DNA from: Clostridia bacterium
GTDB taxonomy: Bacteria > Bacillota > Clostridia > Oscillospirales > Oscillospiraceae
Assembly (NCBI GenBank): GCA_009929315.1
Contig: SAAS01000009.1
Coordinates: 95 to 64,094, forward strand
Length of the DNA stretch: 64,000 nt
Direction of reading: 5' to 3'
In this document: positions 38,332 through 46,924 of the stretch, one piece after another
Layout: every line of letters starts with the position of its first letter
How positions within the stretch are numbered: position 1 is the first letter of the stretch
Notes under the pieces: generated by a model
Told to the model about the DNA's origin: nothing
Database searches by the model: none
Seen by the model: the letters and a program-made list of their open reading frames with translations, nothing else
Translations under genes and position numbers: made by a program

Positions 38332-39270
38332 ATGGATATTCGTGATTTGCGGTATTTCTGCTTAACCGCAGAGCTGGAGCACGTTTCAAAAGCCGCAGAG
38401 AAGCTTGGGATAGCACAGCCCTATCTTACAAAAATTGTCGGGCAGTTGGAAAACGAATTTGGTGCCGAGCTTTTTGACAAAGTCGGCAGAAAAATTAAGC
38501 TCAACAACTACGGTGAGGTATTTTACCGCAACGCAAAAAGAATACTTGCCGATGTTGACAAACTATATACGGAAATGGATTTTGTTCAGGAAAAGAACTC
38601 CAGAACCATTTCCCTTATGTGTAACACTGAAGCCCATGCGCATGGTATGATCGTCGAGTTCCAGAAGAAAAACGCGAATTATGCCCTTAAGTTTGCTCAT
38701 GCCACAAAGAAGGAAATGGTTGAGGCATTGAGAACGGGTGATGCTGATTTTGCTCTGTGTGATCCCGCAATTGACGATGACCCCATAAGAAATATTGTTA
38801 CCGAGCTTGTCTTTCTTGATACCGCGTGTCTTCTGCTTCCGCCGGGCCATCCGATGCTCAGCAGAAAATCAATCAGATTTGAAGATATGCAGGGAGAGCG
38901 CCTAGTTGCTCCGCCAAAAGGCGGCGCGATGCGCAATCATATCGATTTTGCTTTTGAAAAATATTCGGTAAGACCTAATATAGTTTGTGAAACACACGAC
39001 TTGAATCTGATAATTCAGGCTGTTTCCAGCGGCTTGGGTTCGGCCTTTATGTCCTATTCCGTACTTGAAAAATATCCGGAGCTTGTGCCGTTCTGTATTG
39101 AAGTGGACAGTCCCGATAAATATGGCAACATGGGGCTGAGCTATAACAGTTTGGCGCTTGAAAACAGGAATATGCAGGATTTTCTCAGCTTCTGCCGAGC
39201 TTACTTCAAAGTGCTGCAGGGAAAGATTGATTTGAGAACTGCAATGAACGCCGAAAAACTTAAGAAGTAG
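38332..39270 (+). CDS. LysR family transcriptional regulator (paralog 1)
   Basis: N-terminal HTH MDIRDLRYFCLTAELEHVSKAAEKLGIAQPYLTK and a LysR substrate-binding domain. SD GGAGG. Confidence 0.85.
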   Translation: MDIRDLRYFCLTAELEHVSKAAEKLGIAQPYLTKIVGQLENEFGAELFDKVGRKIKLNNYGEVFYRNAKRILADVDKLYTEMDFVQEKNSRTISLMCNTEAHAHGMIVEFQKKNANYALKFAHATKKEMVEALRTGDADFALCDPAIDDDPIRNIVTELVFLDTACLLLPPGHPMLSRKSIRFEDMQGERLVAPPKGGAMRNHIDFAFEKYSVRPNIVCETHDLNLIIQAVSSGLGSAFMSYSVLEKYPELVPFCIEVDSPDKYGNMGLSYNSLALENRNMQDFLSFCRAYFKVLQGKIDLRTAMNAEKLKK

Positions 39271-39327
39271 GATTTCTTCTCAACATTTGGTTTGTATCAA
39301 AAAATTATCTGCCCAAGCGGAGGTTAT

Positions 39328-40236
39328 ATGGATATAAGAGATTTGCGCTTCTTCTGCTTAACTGCCGAAATGGAGCACGTTACAAGGGCGGCAGAAAAGC
39401 TTAAAGTTTCACAGCCGTTTTTAACAAGAGTTATAAGCAACCTTGAAAGGGAAATCGGGCTGTCTCTGTTTGACAATGTCGGACGCAAAATTCGTCTTAA
39501 CGACAACGGCGAGGCCTTTTACATTAAGGCAAAAAAAGTACTGTCCGAGATGGATGAGCTTAATCTTGAAGTCGGCAGGATGCTCGACAGATACAACAGA
39601 AGCATAAGAATCCTGTGCAACATGAGCTCCTACTCCCCCGAGCTTATTGTAGCTTTCAGAAAAAAATGTCCGAACTACACGATTTCAATCGAATACGCGC
39701 CGACAAAGGACATTATAAACGCCATAACGGTTGGCGACGCGGATTTGGCGTTTTGCACGCCGCCATTAATCGACGACCCGCTTAAAGGGCTTAAAACTGA
39801 CCTGGTTTTCTGTGAACACTGCAGTATTCTTCTCCCGCCCGGTCATGAGCTGATAGGAAAAGACGAAATCACCTTTGATGATATTAAAGACGAACAGCTT
39901 ATTACTTCGCCCAAGGGCACCGGACTTCGGATAAATCTCGACAGAGTGTTTGCTTCACATGGCTTTCATCCGAATATCGTCTGCGAATCAAACGATATGG
40001 ATTTAATATTCAGAAGCGTCAGGGACGGGATGGGATATGCTATTATACCGCGCTGGCAGGTTTACAGCAAGCCGGAGATTAGAAGCTGCAGCGTGAACGT
40101 CAATATACCGGAAGCTTGCGCTTACATCGGAATCAGTTATAACACCAACCCCGCGATCAGCGCCGCCTGTGTTGATTTTAAGAATTTCGCCGTGAAGTTT
40201 TTAAACGGCGTCAAGAAAAACATATACGACAAATAG
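39328..40236 (+). CDS. LysR family transcriptional regulator (paralog 2)
   Basis: MDIRDLRFFCLTAEMEHVTRAAEKLKVSQPFLTR. Start at the ATG at 39328 behind GGAGG. The ORF-track start at 39292 adds 12 residues with no SD. Confidence 0.85.
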   Translation: MDIRDLRFFCLTAEMEHVTRAAEKLKVSQPFLTRVISNLEREIGLSLFDNVGRKIRLNDNGEAFYIKAKKVLSEMDELNLEVGRMLDRYNRSIRILCNMSSYSPELIVAFRKKCPNYTISIEYAPTKDIINAITVGDADLAFCTPPLIDDPLKGLKTDLVFCEHCSILLPPGHELIGKDEITFDDIKDEQLITSPKGTGLRINLDRVFASHGFHPNIVCESNDMDLIFRSVRDGMGYAIIPRWQVYSKPEIRSCSVNVNIPEACAYIGISYNTNPAISAACVDFKNFAVKFLNGVKKNIYDK

Positions 40237-40329
40237 TGCTTTTGCCGCTGAAAATAACTGCATTTTCAACCGAAGCGCTCCGTGCCTACATGTTTTGCTT
40301 GTGTGAAGTGACGATATGTGAGTTTTTGC

Positions 40330-40358
40330 TTGACATATTTTTGCCCATATACTATTAT
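40330..40358 (+). promoter_or_regulatory. sigma-A-type promoter of the T-box leader
   Basis: TTGACA at 40330-40335, 17-nt spacer, TATTAT at 40353-40358. Confidence 0.65.
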
Positions 40359-40377
40359 TACCTTAATTTAATACATA

Positions 40378-40666
40378 AAAGCGATGATAAGGAACAAGTA
40401 ACCGACTTAAGACCCAAACAGAAAGCTGCCGGCGTGATGAGAGGCGCATGGGAAACTTCGGCGAATACATCCTTTAGCCTTGCACCGAAAGAATGTTTTA
40501 GTAGGCTGTGACGTTTGACATACGTTATTGTGTCGGCTCTTTGCACGGCGCACAGTTGTCGCGATGGAAGAGAGCTGATAAGGCGGTATGCGTGAGCAAA
40601 CCGCGAACCAAGGTGGTACCGCGAAAAAGTTTTCGCCCTTCGGATTTTCCGAAGGGCGTTTTATTA
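40378..40666 (+). promoter_or_regulatory. T-box riboswitch leader, specifier read as UAC (Tyr)
   Basis: The Stem I base is AGCGAUGAUAAGGA. The specifier loop has the AGUA S-turn on its 5' side and GAA-UAC-A on its 3' side (UAC at 40466-40468), closed by AAGGA/UCCUU. The T-box sequence AACCAAGGUGGUACCGCG lies at 40606-40623. The terminator CGCCCUUCGG/CCGAAGGGCG at 40634-40658 is followed by a U-run. Confidence 0.85.
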
Positions 40667-40685
40667 TTATAAAGGAGTGGTTTGT

Positions 40686-42335
40686 ATGCCAATTACAGAT
40701 TTCTTGGAGAGAAACTCAAAGCTGTACCCAAGCGAGATTGCCCTCGTTGAGCTTAACCCTGAGCACGAAAATTCCACGCCCGTAAGTTCTTGGAAGGAAT
40801 TTGCGCTCGTTGATATAAACTATGAGGAAAACACATATCGCCGCGAAATCAGCTGGAAGGATTTTGACATCCGCGCAAATCGATTTGCCCATCTTTTGCT
40901 TGCAAACGGGGTTAAAAAGGGCGACAAGGTCGGTATTCTCATGATGAACTGCCTTGAGTGGCTGCCGATTTATTTCGGAATCCTAAAAGCGGGCGTCCTC
41001 GCCGTGCCGCTAAACTACCGCTACACGGCGGAGGAAATCAAATACTGCCTCGACTTGGCGGACTGCTCTCTGCTTGTTTTCGGTAATGAGTTTATTGACC
41101 GTCTTATAGAAATTAAGGACAGCATACCGAAAATTAAAAAACTCTATTATGTCGGAGCCGAATGTCCCGAGTGGGCGGAGAGTTACTATTCCTTTATGTC
41201 CTACTGTTCCAGCCGCAAGCCCAGAATCGAGATTACGGACGATGACTATGCCGCGATTTACTTTTCCTCGGGAACAACAGGATTTCCGAAGGCGATTCTT
41301 CACAAGCACCGCAGCCTGACTCATGCGGCGCTCTGTGAACAAAATCATCACGGACAGCAGCGCGGCGACTGCTTCCTCTGCATGCCTCCTCTCTACCATA
41401 CAGGCGCGAAAATGCACTGGTTCGGCAGCTTGGTCTCGGCAAGCAAGGGAGTTCTCCTGCGCGGTATCAGCCCCGAGTGGATACTGAAAACAGCGGCATC
41501 CGAGAAGGCGACAAATGTATGGCTGCTTGTTCCCTGGGCTCAGGATATCCTTGACGCGCTTGACAGAGGCGATTTAAAACTCTCGGACTATGATTTATCC
41601 GCTTGGCGTTTGATGCACATCGGCGCACAACCCGTGCCGCCGTCGCTCATAAACCGTTGGAGAGCATATTTCCCGAATCATCAGTATGATACAAACTACG
41701 GCCTTTCGGAATCCATAGGTCCCGGCTGCGTGCATCTCGGTGTTGAGAACACTCATAAGGTCGGCGCAATCGGCGTAGCCGGCTTTGGCTGGGAAACCAA
41801 GGTGGTTGACACCGAAAAGAAGGAGCTTCCGCAGGGCGAAGTCGGTGAGCTTGCCGTTCGGGGGCCGGGGGTTATGACCTGCTACTACAAAAACGAGGAG
41901 GCAACCCGCGAATCTCTCTCCGACGACGGCTGGCTATGGACGGGAGATATGGCTCGCATCGATGAGGACGGTTTTATTTGGCTTGTTGACCGCAAAAAAG
42001 ACGTTATTATAATGGGCGGAGAAAACATCTATCCCGTGCAAATTGAGGATTATCTGCGTAAAAACGAAAAGATAAAGGATGTTGCCGTTATCGGAAGACC
42101 CCATCCGCGTCTTGGCGAAATTGCCTGCGCAATTATTGAGCTTAAACCGGATACTGCGGCGACAGAGAATGAAATAAACGAGTTTTGCGCCGCGCTTCCG
42201 CGCTATAAGCGCCCACGCGAGATTATATTTGACAAGATTCCCCGCAATCCGACGGGAAAAATCGAAAAACCTGTGCTTCGCAGGAAGTACGGAAGTCTTG
42301 ACATCGTTTCCCTTCAAACCGGAACCGGAAAATAA
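40686..42335 (+). CDS. ANL-superfamily acyl/aryl-CoA ligase (AMP-forming)
   Basis: Adenylate-forming motifs YFSSGTTGFPKA, YGLSE, TGD, DRKKD and PTGKIEK. Start at the ATG at 40686, 8 nt after AAAGGAG. Confidence 0.85.
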   Translation: MPITDFLERNSKLYPSEIALVELNPEHENSTPVSSWKEFALVDINYEENTYRREISWKDFDIRANRFAHLLLANGVKKGDKVGILMMNCLEWLPIYFGILKAGVLAVPLNYRYTAEEIKYCLDLADCSLLVFGNEFIDRLIEIKDSIPKIKKLYYVGAECPEWAESYYSFMSYCSSRKPRIEITDDDYAAIYFSSGTTGFPKAILHKHRSLTHAALCEQNHHGQQRGDCFLCMPPLYHTGAKMHWFGSLVSASKGVLLRGISPEWILKTAASEKATNVWLLVPWAQDILDALDRGDLKLSDYDLSAWRLMHIGAQPVPPSLINRWRAYFPNHQYDTNYGLSESIGPGCVHLGVENTHKVGAIGVAGFGWETKVVDTEKKELPQGEVGELAVRGPGVMTCYYKNEEATRESLSDDGWLWTGDMARIDEDGFIWLVDRKKDVIIMGGENIYPVQIEDYLRKNEKIKDVAVIGRPHPRLGEIACAIIELKPDTAATENEINEFCAALPRYKRPREIIFDKIPRNPTGKIEKPVLRRKYGSLDIVSLQTGTGK

Positions 42336-42336
42336 T

Positions 42337-42370
42337 AAAACCGCAGACCTGAAATGGTCTGCGGTTTTTC
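42337..42370. terminator. bidirectional terminator between the convergent ligase and EamA genes
   Basis: AAAACCGCAGACC-tgaaat-GGTCTGCGGTTTT with A and T runs on both sides. Confidence 0.8.
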
Positions 42371-42374
42371 TTAT

Positions 42375-43277
42375 TTAACACTTATCATACTTGCGGTCAG
42401 CCGCGCTTTTATCTCGCTTAAAACTGCCAAGCTCATTCAAAACGGTAAAACCGATTATCATAATCCCACCGAATAACTGCCAAATTGTGAAGGCTTCGTT
42501 AAGCAGGGCAACGGAAACAATTGCCGCAACAAAGGGGTCAATATAACCCAGAATCGCAACCTTCTGCCCTGTCATATTTTCTATCACCGAAAAATATAGG
42601 CAATAGGTAAAGCCCGTATGTACCAAGCCTAAAATTGCAAGGTTGATAAGTCCCTTTGAGCTCAGCTCGGCAACATGGAAACCTGATGTAAAGGAAACAT
42701 ATACTGCCAGAACGAGCGCGGCGGCGGCAAACTGAAAGATGGTCTTATCAATGCCGCTTATCGACTTTACCTGCTTGTTGACGATTACAACAAAGGCATA
42801 GCAAAACGCGGACAAAAGAGCAAAAATAATACCTTTAAGCTCGCCCTCGCTGCCGTAAAGCTTAGCGCCGATCGTAAGAACAAGACCCAGACTTGCCATC
42901 AAAAAGTACAGCCATTGTTTTAAAGAAATCTTCTCTTTAAAGACCAGCGGAGCAAATACCATCAAAAGTGTGGGGCTGAAATAGCTGCACATGGTTGCCA
43001 TTGAAACGCTGGTATAATCAAAGGAGCCGAAAAACAGTATCCAGGCGCCCGCTATAGCAAGTCCTGATATCGAAAGCAGGAACAGGTCGCCCTTTGCCTT
43101 ACGAAACGGAAGGTGTTCATGCCGAATCAGCTTGAATGTTAGAATCGCAATTAAAGCAATTACGACACGCCAGAAGGCAATTTCCCCGGGTGATACGGCA
43201 ATATTTTTTACAAAAATGCTGATTGTGCCGTATATCACCATTGAGGCAATATAGCCTAGCAGACTTTTACTGACCAA
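42375..43277 (-). CDS. EamA/DMT family transporter
   Basis: 10-TM protein with two EamA-like halves. Start tentatively at the TTG at 43277, 9 nt after GGAGGA. The ORF-track start is a GTG at 43304. Either choice overlaps the ilvE 3' end. Confidence 0.75.
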   Translation of the reverse strand: MVSKSLLGYIASMVIYGTISIFVKNIAVSPGEIAFWRVVIALIAILTFKLIRHEHLPFRKAKGDLFLLSISGLAIAGAWILFFGSFDYTSVSMATMCSYFSPTLLMVFAPLVFKEKISLKQWLYFLMASLGLVLTIGAKLYGSEGELKGIIFALLSAFCYAFVVIVNKQVKSISGIDKTIFQFAAAALVLAVYVSFTSGFHVAELSSKGLINLAILGLVHTGFTYCLYFSVIENMTGQKVAILGYIDPFVAAIVSVALLNEAFTIWQLFGGIMIIGFTVLNELGSFKRDKSAADRKYDKC

Positions 43278-44389
43278 GAGAATTTGTCCTCCGTTTTCCC
43301 CCACTGGATGTCCGTGATGGTGTCATAGAGCCTCTGAGTGAGAGAACCGATTTTGCCTCCGCTGATTTTATGGCTTATTCCGTCAAAGGAAACCTCGCCT
43401 ATGGGCGATATTACTGCCGCGGTGCCTGTTCCCCATGCCTCTTCAAGCGTTCCGTCCTCGGCGGCCTTAACAAGCTCGTCAACCGTTATTTCGCGCTCAT
43501 CCACTTCAAAGCCCCAGCTGTTTATAAGCTCAATGCAGGATTTACGCGTGATGCCGGGCAAAACGCTGCCTGTGAGAGCCGGTGTGACGATTCTGCCGTT
43601 AATTTTGAACATAACATTCATACTGCCGACTTCTTCAATATTGCGGCGAGTCACACCGTCCAGCCAAAGCACCTGACTGAAGCCCTGCTCCTCCGCCCTC
43701 TTACCGGCGCGGATGGAAGCGCCGTAGTTGCCGCCGCACTTAACATAGCCCGTACCGCCGCGAACCGCGCGTACATCGCTGTTTTCAATCATAATGCGGA
43801 TAGGCGCAAGACCCTCGGGGTAATAGCTTCCGACAGGAGAGGTAATAATCGCAAACAGATAGCTGTGCGACGCGTGAACTCCGAGCTGACCCGAGGTCGC
43901 TATTATAAACGGACGAATATATAAAGAGGTGTCGGGAGCGCTCGGCACCCAGTCCTTGTCAAGCTCTAAGAGCGACTTTAACCCGTCCATAAATATTTCT
44001 TCCGGAACGGGAGGAATACAGATACGCTCAGCTGAACTGTTTAGACGTCTTGCATTTTCCGTAGGGCGGAAAAGCAGAACCTCGCCTTTCGGGCCGCGGT
44101 AAGCCTTCATGCCCTCGAAGATTTCCTGTGCATAGTGAAGAACGACAGCCGCCGGAGAAAGCTGAAAGTCCGCAAACGGAACGACACGGGGGTCGTGCCA
44201 GCCCTTACCTTCATCATAGTCCAGCAAAAACATGTGGTCGGAAAAATACTTGCCGAAAGGGATTCCTTCAATCGGCGGCTTTTCCTTCAATACTGCGGAT
44301 TTTTCTATCCTGATCTTCTCCACTGCAGTCACACTCACTTTCAGTTTATTTGTCGTCGGGTTTTTGTAATTAATTATTGATTTTATCAT
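43256..44389 (-). CDS. ilvE: branched-chain amino acid aminotransferase (class IV)
   Basis: FGKYFSDHMF, YIRP and GG.GY.KCGGNY motifs. The start is uncertain: ATG at 44389 is chosen, the ORF-track start is a TTG at 44413, and no clear SD precedes either. Confidence 0.88.
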   Translation of the reverse strand: MIKSIINYKNPTTNKLKVSVTAVEKIRIEKSAVLKEKPPIEGIPFGKYFSDHMFLLDYDEGKGWHDPRVVPFADFQLSPAAVVLHYAQEIFEGMKAYRGPKGEVLLFRPTENARRLNSSAERICIPPVPEEIFMDGLKSLLELDKDWVPSAPDTSLYIRPFIIATSGQLGVHASHSYLFAIITSPVGSYYPEGLAPIRIMIENSDVRAVRGGTGYVKCGGNYGASIRAGKRAEEQGFSQVLWLDGVTRRNIEEVGSMNVMFKINGRIVTPALTGSVLPGITRKSCIELINSWGFEVDEREITVDELVKAAEDGTLEEAWGTGTAAVISPIGEVSFDGISHKISGGKIGSLTQRLYDTITDIQWGKTEDKFSWSVKVC

Positions 44390-44584
44390 TCCTGTACTGT
44401 TTTTCAAGGGCAAACGGAAATTATTTGAAAATTTTGTAACTTACGTTGTTTTACGCTTTAACTCGATAAGTTATTTTTAGATTTATGTGCAAACCGCCAA
44501 TGTTAAATATTGTTAATCAACAGTGATTATAGTATAATCAGCGCAACTGAATTAACAGCGCTTGCACTTGTAAGGAGAAATACT

Positions 44585-45298
44585 ATGCTTAAAGTTGAAC
44601 ATGTAACAAAAAAATACGGTAAACTAGTTGCAAACAAGGACATCAGCTTTTCCGTAGACGCGGGGCAAATTGCAGTTCTTGTCGGGCCGAACGGTGCCGG
44701 AAAATCAACAATAATTAAGTGCATAACAGGCTTGCTCCGTTTTGACGGCAAAATAGAAATCAATGGGTACGACAACAAATCCGTTGAGGCAAAAAGGCTG
44801 ATCGGCTATGTCCCTGAAATGCCCGCGGTTTATGAGCTTTTAACCGTTGAAGAGCATCTTGAGTTTATCCGCAGAGCTTACAGGCTGCCTGACGACGGCT
44901 ATGACAAATATCTTCTCGAACGCTTTGAGATGTGGGATAAAAAGGACAAGCCGGGCAAGGAGCTTTCAAAGGGAATGCAGCAGAAACTATCAATTTGCTG
45001 TACACTCCTTCACAAACCAAGCGTAATAGTCTTTGACGAGCCGTTAATTGGGCTGGATCCCCACGCAATAAAGGAACTGAAAACTGTCTTTGCCGAGCTA
45101 AAAGCACAAGGCTGCGCAATTCTGATAAGCACGCACATGCTGGACAGTGTTGAAAATTTTTGGGATGTTGCGCACATCATGATAGACGGCAGCTTTGCCG
45201 CGACTAAATTTAACACCCAAGGAGAAACGGGCGAGAAGACTCTTGAGGAACTCTTCTTTGAGATAACCGAAGGAAAACCTGCGGAGGCTGCGGAATGA
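44585..45298 (+). CDS. ABC transporter ATP-binding protein
   Basis: GPNGAGKST Walker A, LSKGMQQKL signature, VFDEP Walker B. Start at the ATG at 44585 behind AAGGAG. Confidence 0.9.
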   Translation: MLKVEHVTKKYGKLVANKDISFSVDAGQIAVLVGPNGAGKSTIIKCITGLLRFDGKIEINGYDNKSVEAKRLIGYVPEMPAVYELLTVEEHLEFIRRAYRLPDDGYDKYLLERFEMWDKKDKPGKELSKGMQQKLSICCTLLHKPSVIVFDEPLIGLDPHAIKELKTVFAELKAQGCAILISTHMLDSVENFWDVAHIMIDGSFAATKFNTQGETGEKTLEELFFEITEGKPAEAAE

Positions 45299-46869
45299 AC
45301 AGTAATGCGCTGACATATCTGCTTGGCACAAAAATGCGAAACAGACTCAAGGAATTTTTCAAAAAGCCCATTCGTCTGATTTACGTTGTAATAGTAATTG
45401 CGCTTATAGTCGTGACGCTTGTCGGGGGCAAATCCGGAGCGCAGGACGCGGGCAGGACTATTCGCAGTTTTAAGGAACTGACAGCCGGCCTCAACATACT
45501 TCTTATATCAATCTTCACCATTACCTTTTATTCGGGTCTGAACAACGGCGGGTCCTTTTTCAGAATGCCGGATGTGAATTTTCTCTTCCCCTCCCCGCTT
45601 AATAAACGAAGCATACTTTTTTACGCTCTGATTCAGCAAATCGGAACCTCAATGCTTATAGGTATATTCATCCTGTTTCAATATACCATGCTCCATGTAA
45701 CTTATAATTTGAGCTATTTCGGACTTCTGCTGATTTTTGTTGTATACTCGCTGACGGTTTTTTTAAGTCAGACCTCAGCAATGTTTGTTTATACCCTGAT
45801 TAGCGACAGTGACAAGAAGAAAAGGATTGCAAAGACAGTACTTATCCTTGTTATAGCATCGCTAGCGGTCTATGTCGGGCTTAATGTCCTTCAGAGCAGA
45901 GATGATATTATCGGCGGTTTAGTGAAAGCCGTGAATGGTCTGCCTGTGCTCCTTTTTATCTTTGCAGGCTGGCTTGGCGGCTTTGCCGCAAGTGTTTTCG
46001 CAGGCAACTACATTCAGGCAATTGTTTGGCTCGCCCTATGTGCAGCGGCTTTCGCCGCGATAGTGACGGCAATGTCAAAATCCAAACGCGATTATTATGA
46101 GGATGTTCTTTCTTCAACCGAAACGCTCCAGAGTGCTCTCATGGCGGTTAAGGACGGAGTCACGCCGGAAGCCGCTCCCCGTGTTATTAAGGTTGGAAAA
46201 ACCGGTTTGGGAAAGGGGCAGGGAGCGTCTGTCTTCTTCTATAAGCACCTTCTTGAGAACAGACGGGCAAGTAAAATTTGGTTAAAGCCGATGTCCTTAA
46301 CTTTCATAATTATGACCGTTATTTTTTCGATATTCATGAAAAAAGGCGGGATTATCCCTGCCTTCTCCTTCTCGATTTACATGATGGTTTTCTCTGTTGC
46401 TCTCGGCAGATTCAACCGCGAGCTTACAAAACCCTACATCTATCTTGTTCCTGAACCTCCGATTAAAAAACTTGGTTTCGCGCTTGCGGAAACACTTCCG
46501 ACAGAGCTTCTTGAAAGCATTTTGGTTCTGGTTCCCGTTTCGGTCATCACAAGTACAGACGCGCTGACATGTATGTTTTTAATTATTTCCAGAGTAAGCT
46601 TTGCCGCTTTGTTTCTTGCCTCCTCTGTCGCGATAGAACGAATTTGGGGCAGCGCTCTTTCAAAGGTCGGCGGAATGCTTATCTACCTTTTGTTCGATAT
46701 AGTTTTATGTCTGCCTGGAATCGCTCTTGCCTTCATTCTGCATTATAACGAAATTACTATCTTTAACTTTACCCTCACATCAGCACTATGTACTTTTGTG
46801 CTGAATCTGCCGGTTGCGGCGATTGTGCTCCTTAGCTGCAAAAACGTATTGCAATACGCTGAAATATAG
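45295..46869 (+). CDS. multi-pass membrane protein, putative ABC exporter permease partner
   Basis: 4-nt overlap with the ATPase gene and many TM helices. No further motif recognised. Confidence 0.6.
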   Translation: MNSNALTYLLGTKMRNRLKEFFKKPIRLIYVVIVIALIVVTLVGGKSGAQDAGRTIRSFKELTAGLNILLISIFTITFYSGLNNGGSFFRMPDVNFLFPSPLNKRSILFYALIQQIGTSMLIGIFILFQYTMLHVTYNLSYFGLLLIFVVYSLTVFLSQTSAMFVYTLISDSDKKKRIAKTVLILVIASLAVYVGLNVLQSRDDIIGGLVKAVNGLPVLLFIFAGWLGGFAASVFAGNYIQAIVWLALCAAAFAAIVTAMSKSKRDYYEDVLSSTETLQSALMAVKDGVTPEAAPRVIKVGKTGLGKGQGASVFFYKHLLENRRASKIWLKPMSLTFIIMTVIFSIFMKKGGIIPAFSFSIYMMVFSVALGRFNRELTKPYIYLVPEPPIKKLGFALAETLPTELLESILVLVPVSVITSTDALTCMFLIISRVSFAALFLASSVAIERIWGSALSKVGGMLIYLLFDIVLCLPGIALAFILHYNEITIFNFTLTSALCTFVLNLPVAAIVLLSCKNVLQYAEI

Positions 46870-46924
46870 AATAAAAGGACCTTTCGTAATTTACGAAAGG
46901 TCCTTTTACAAGAAGATGCAGTTA

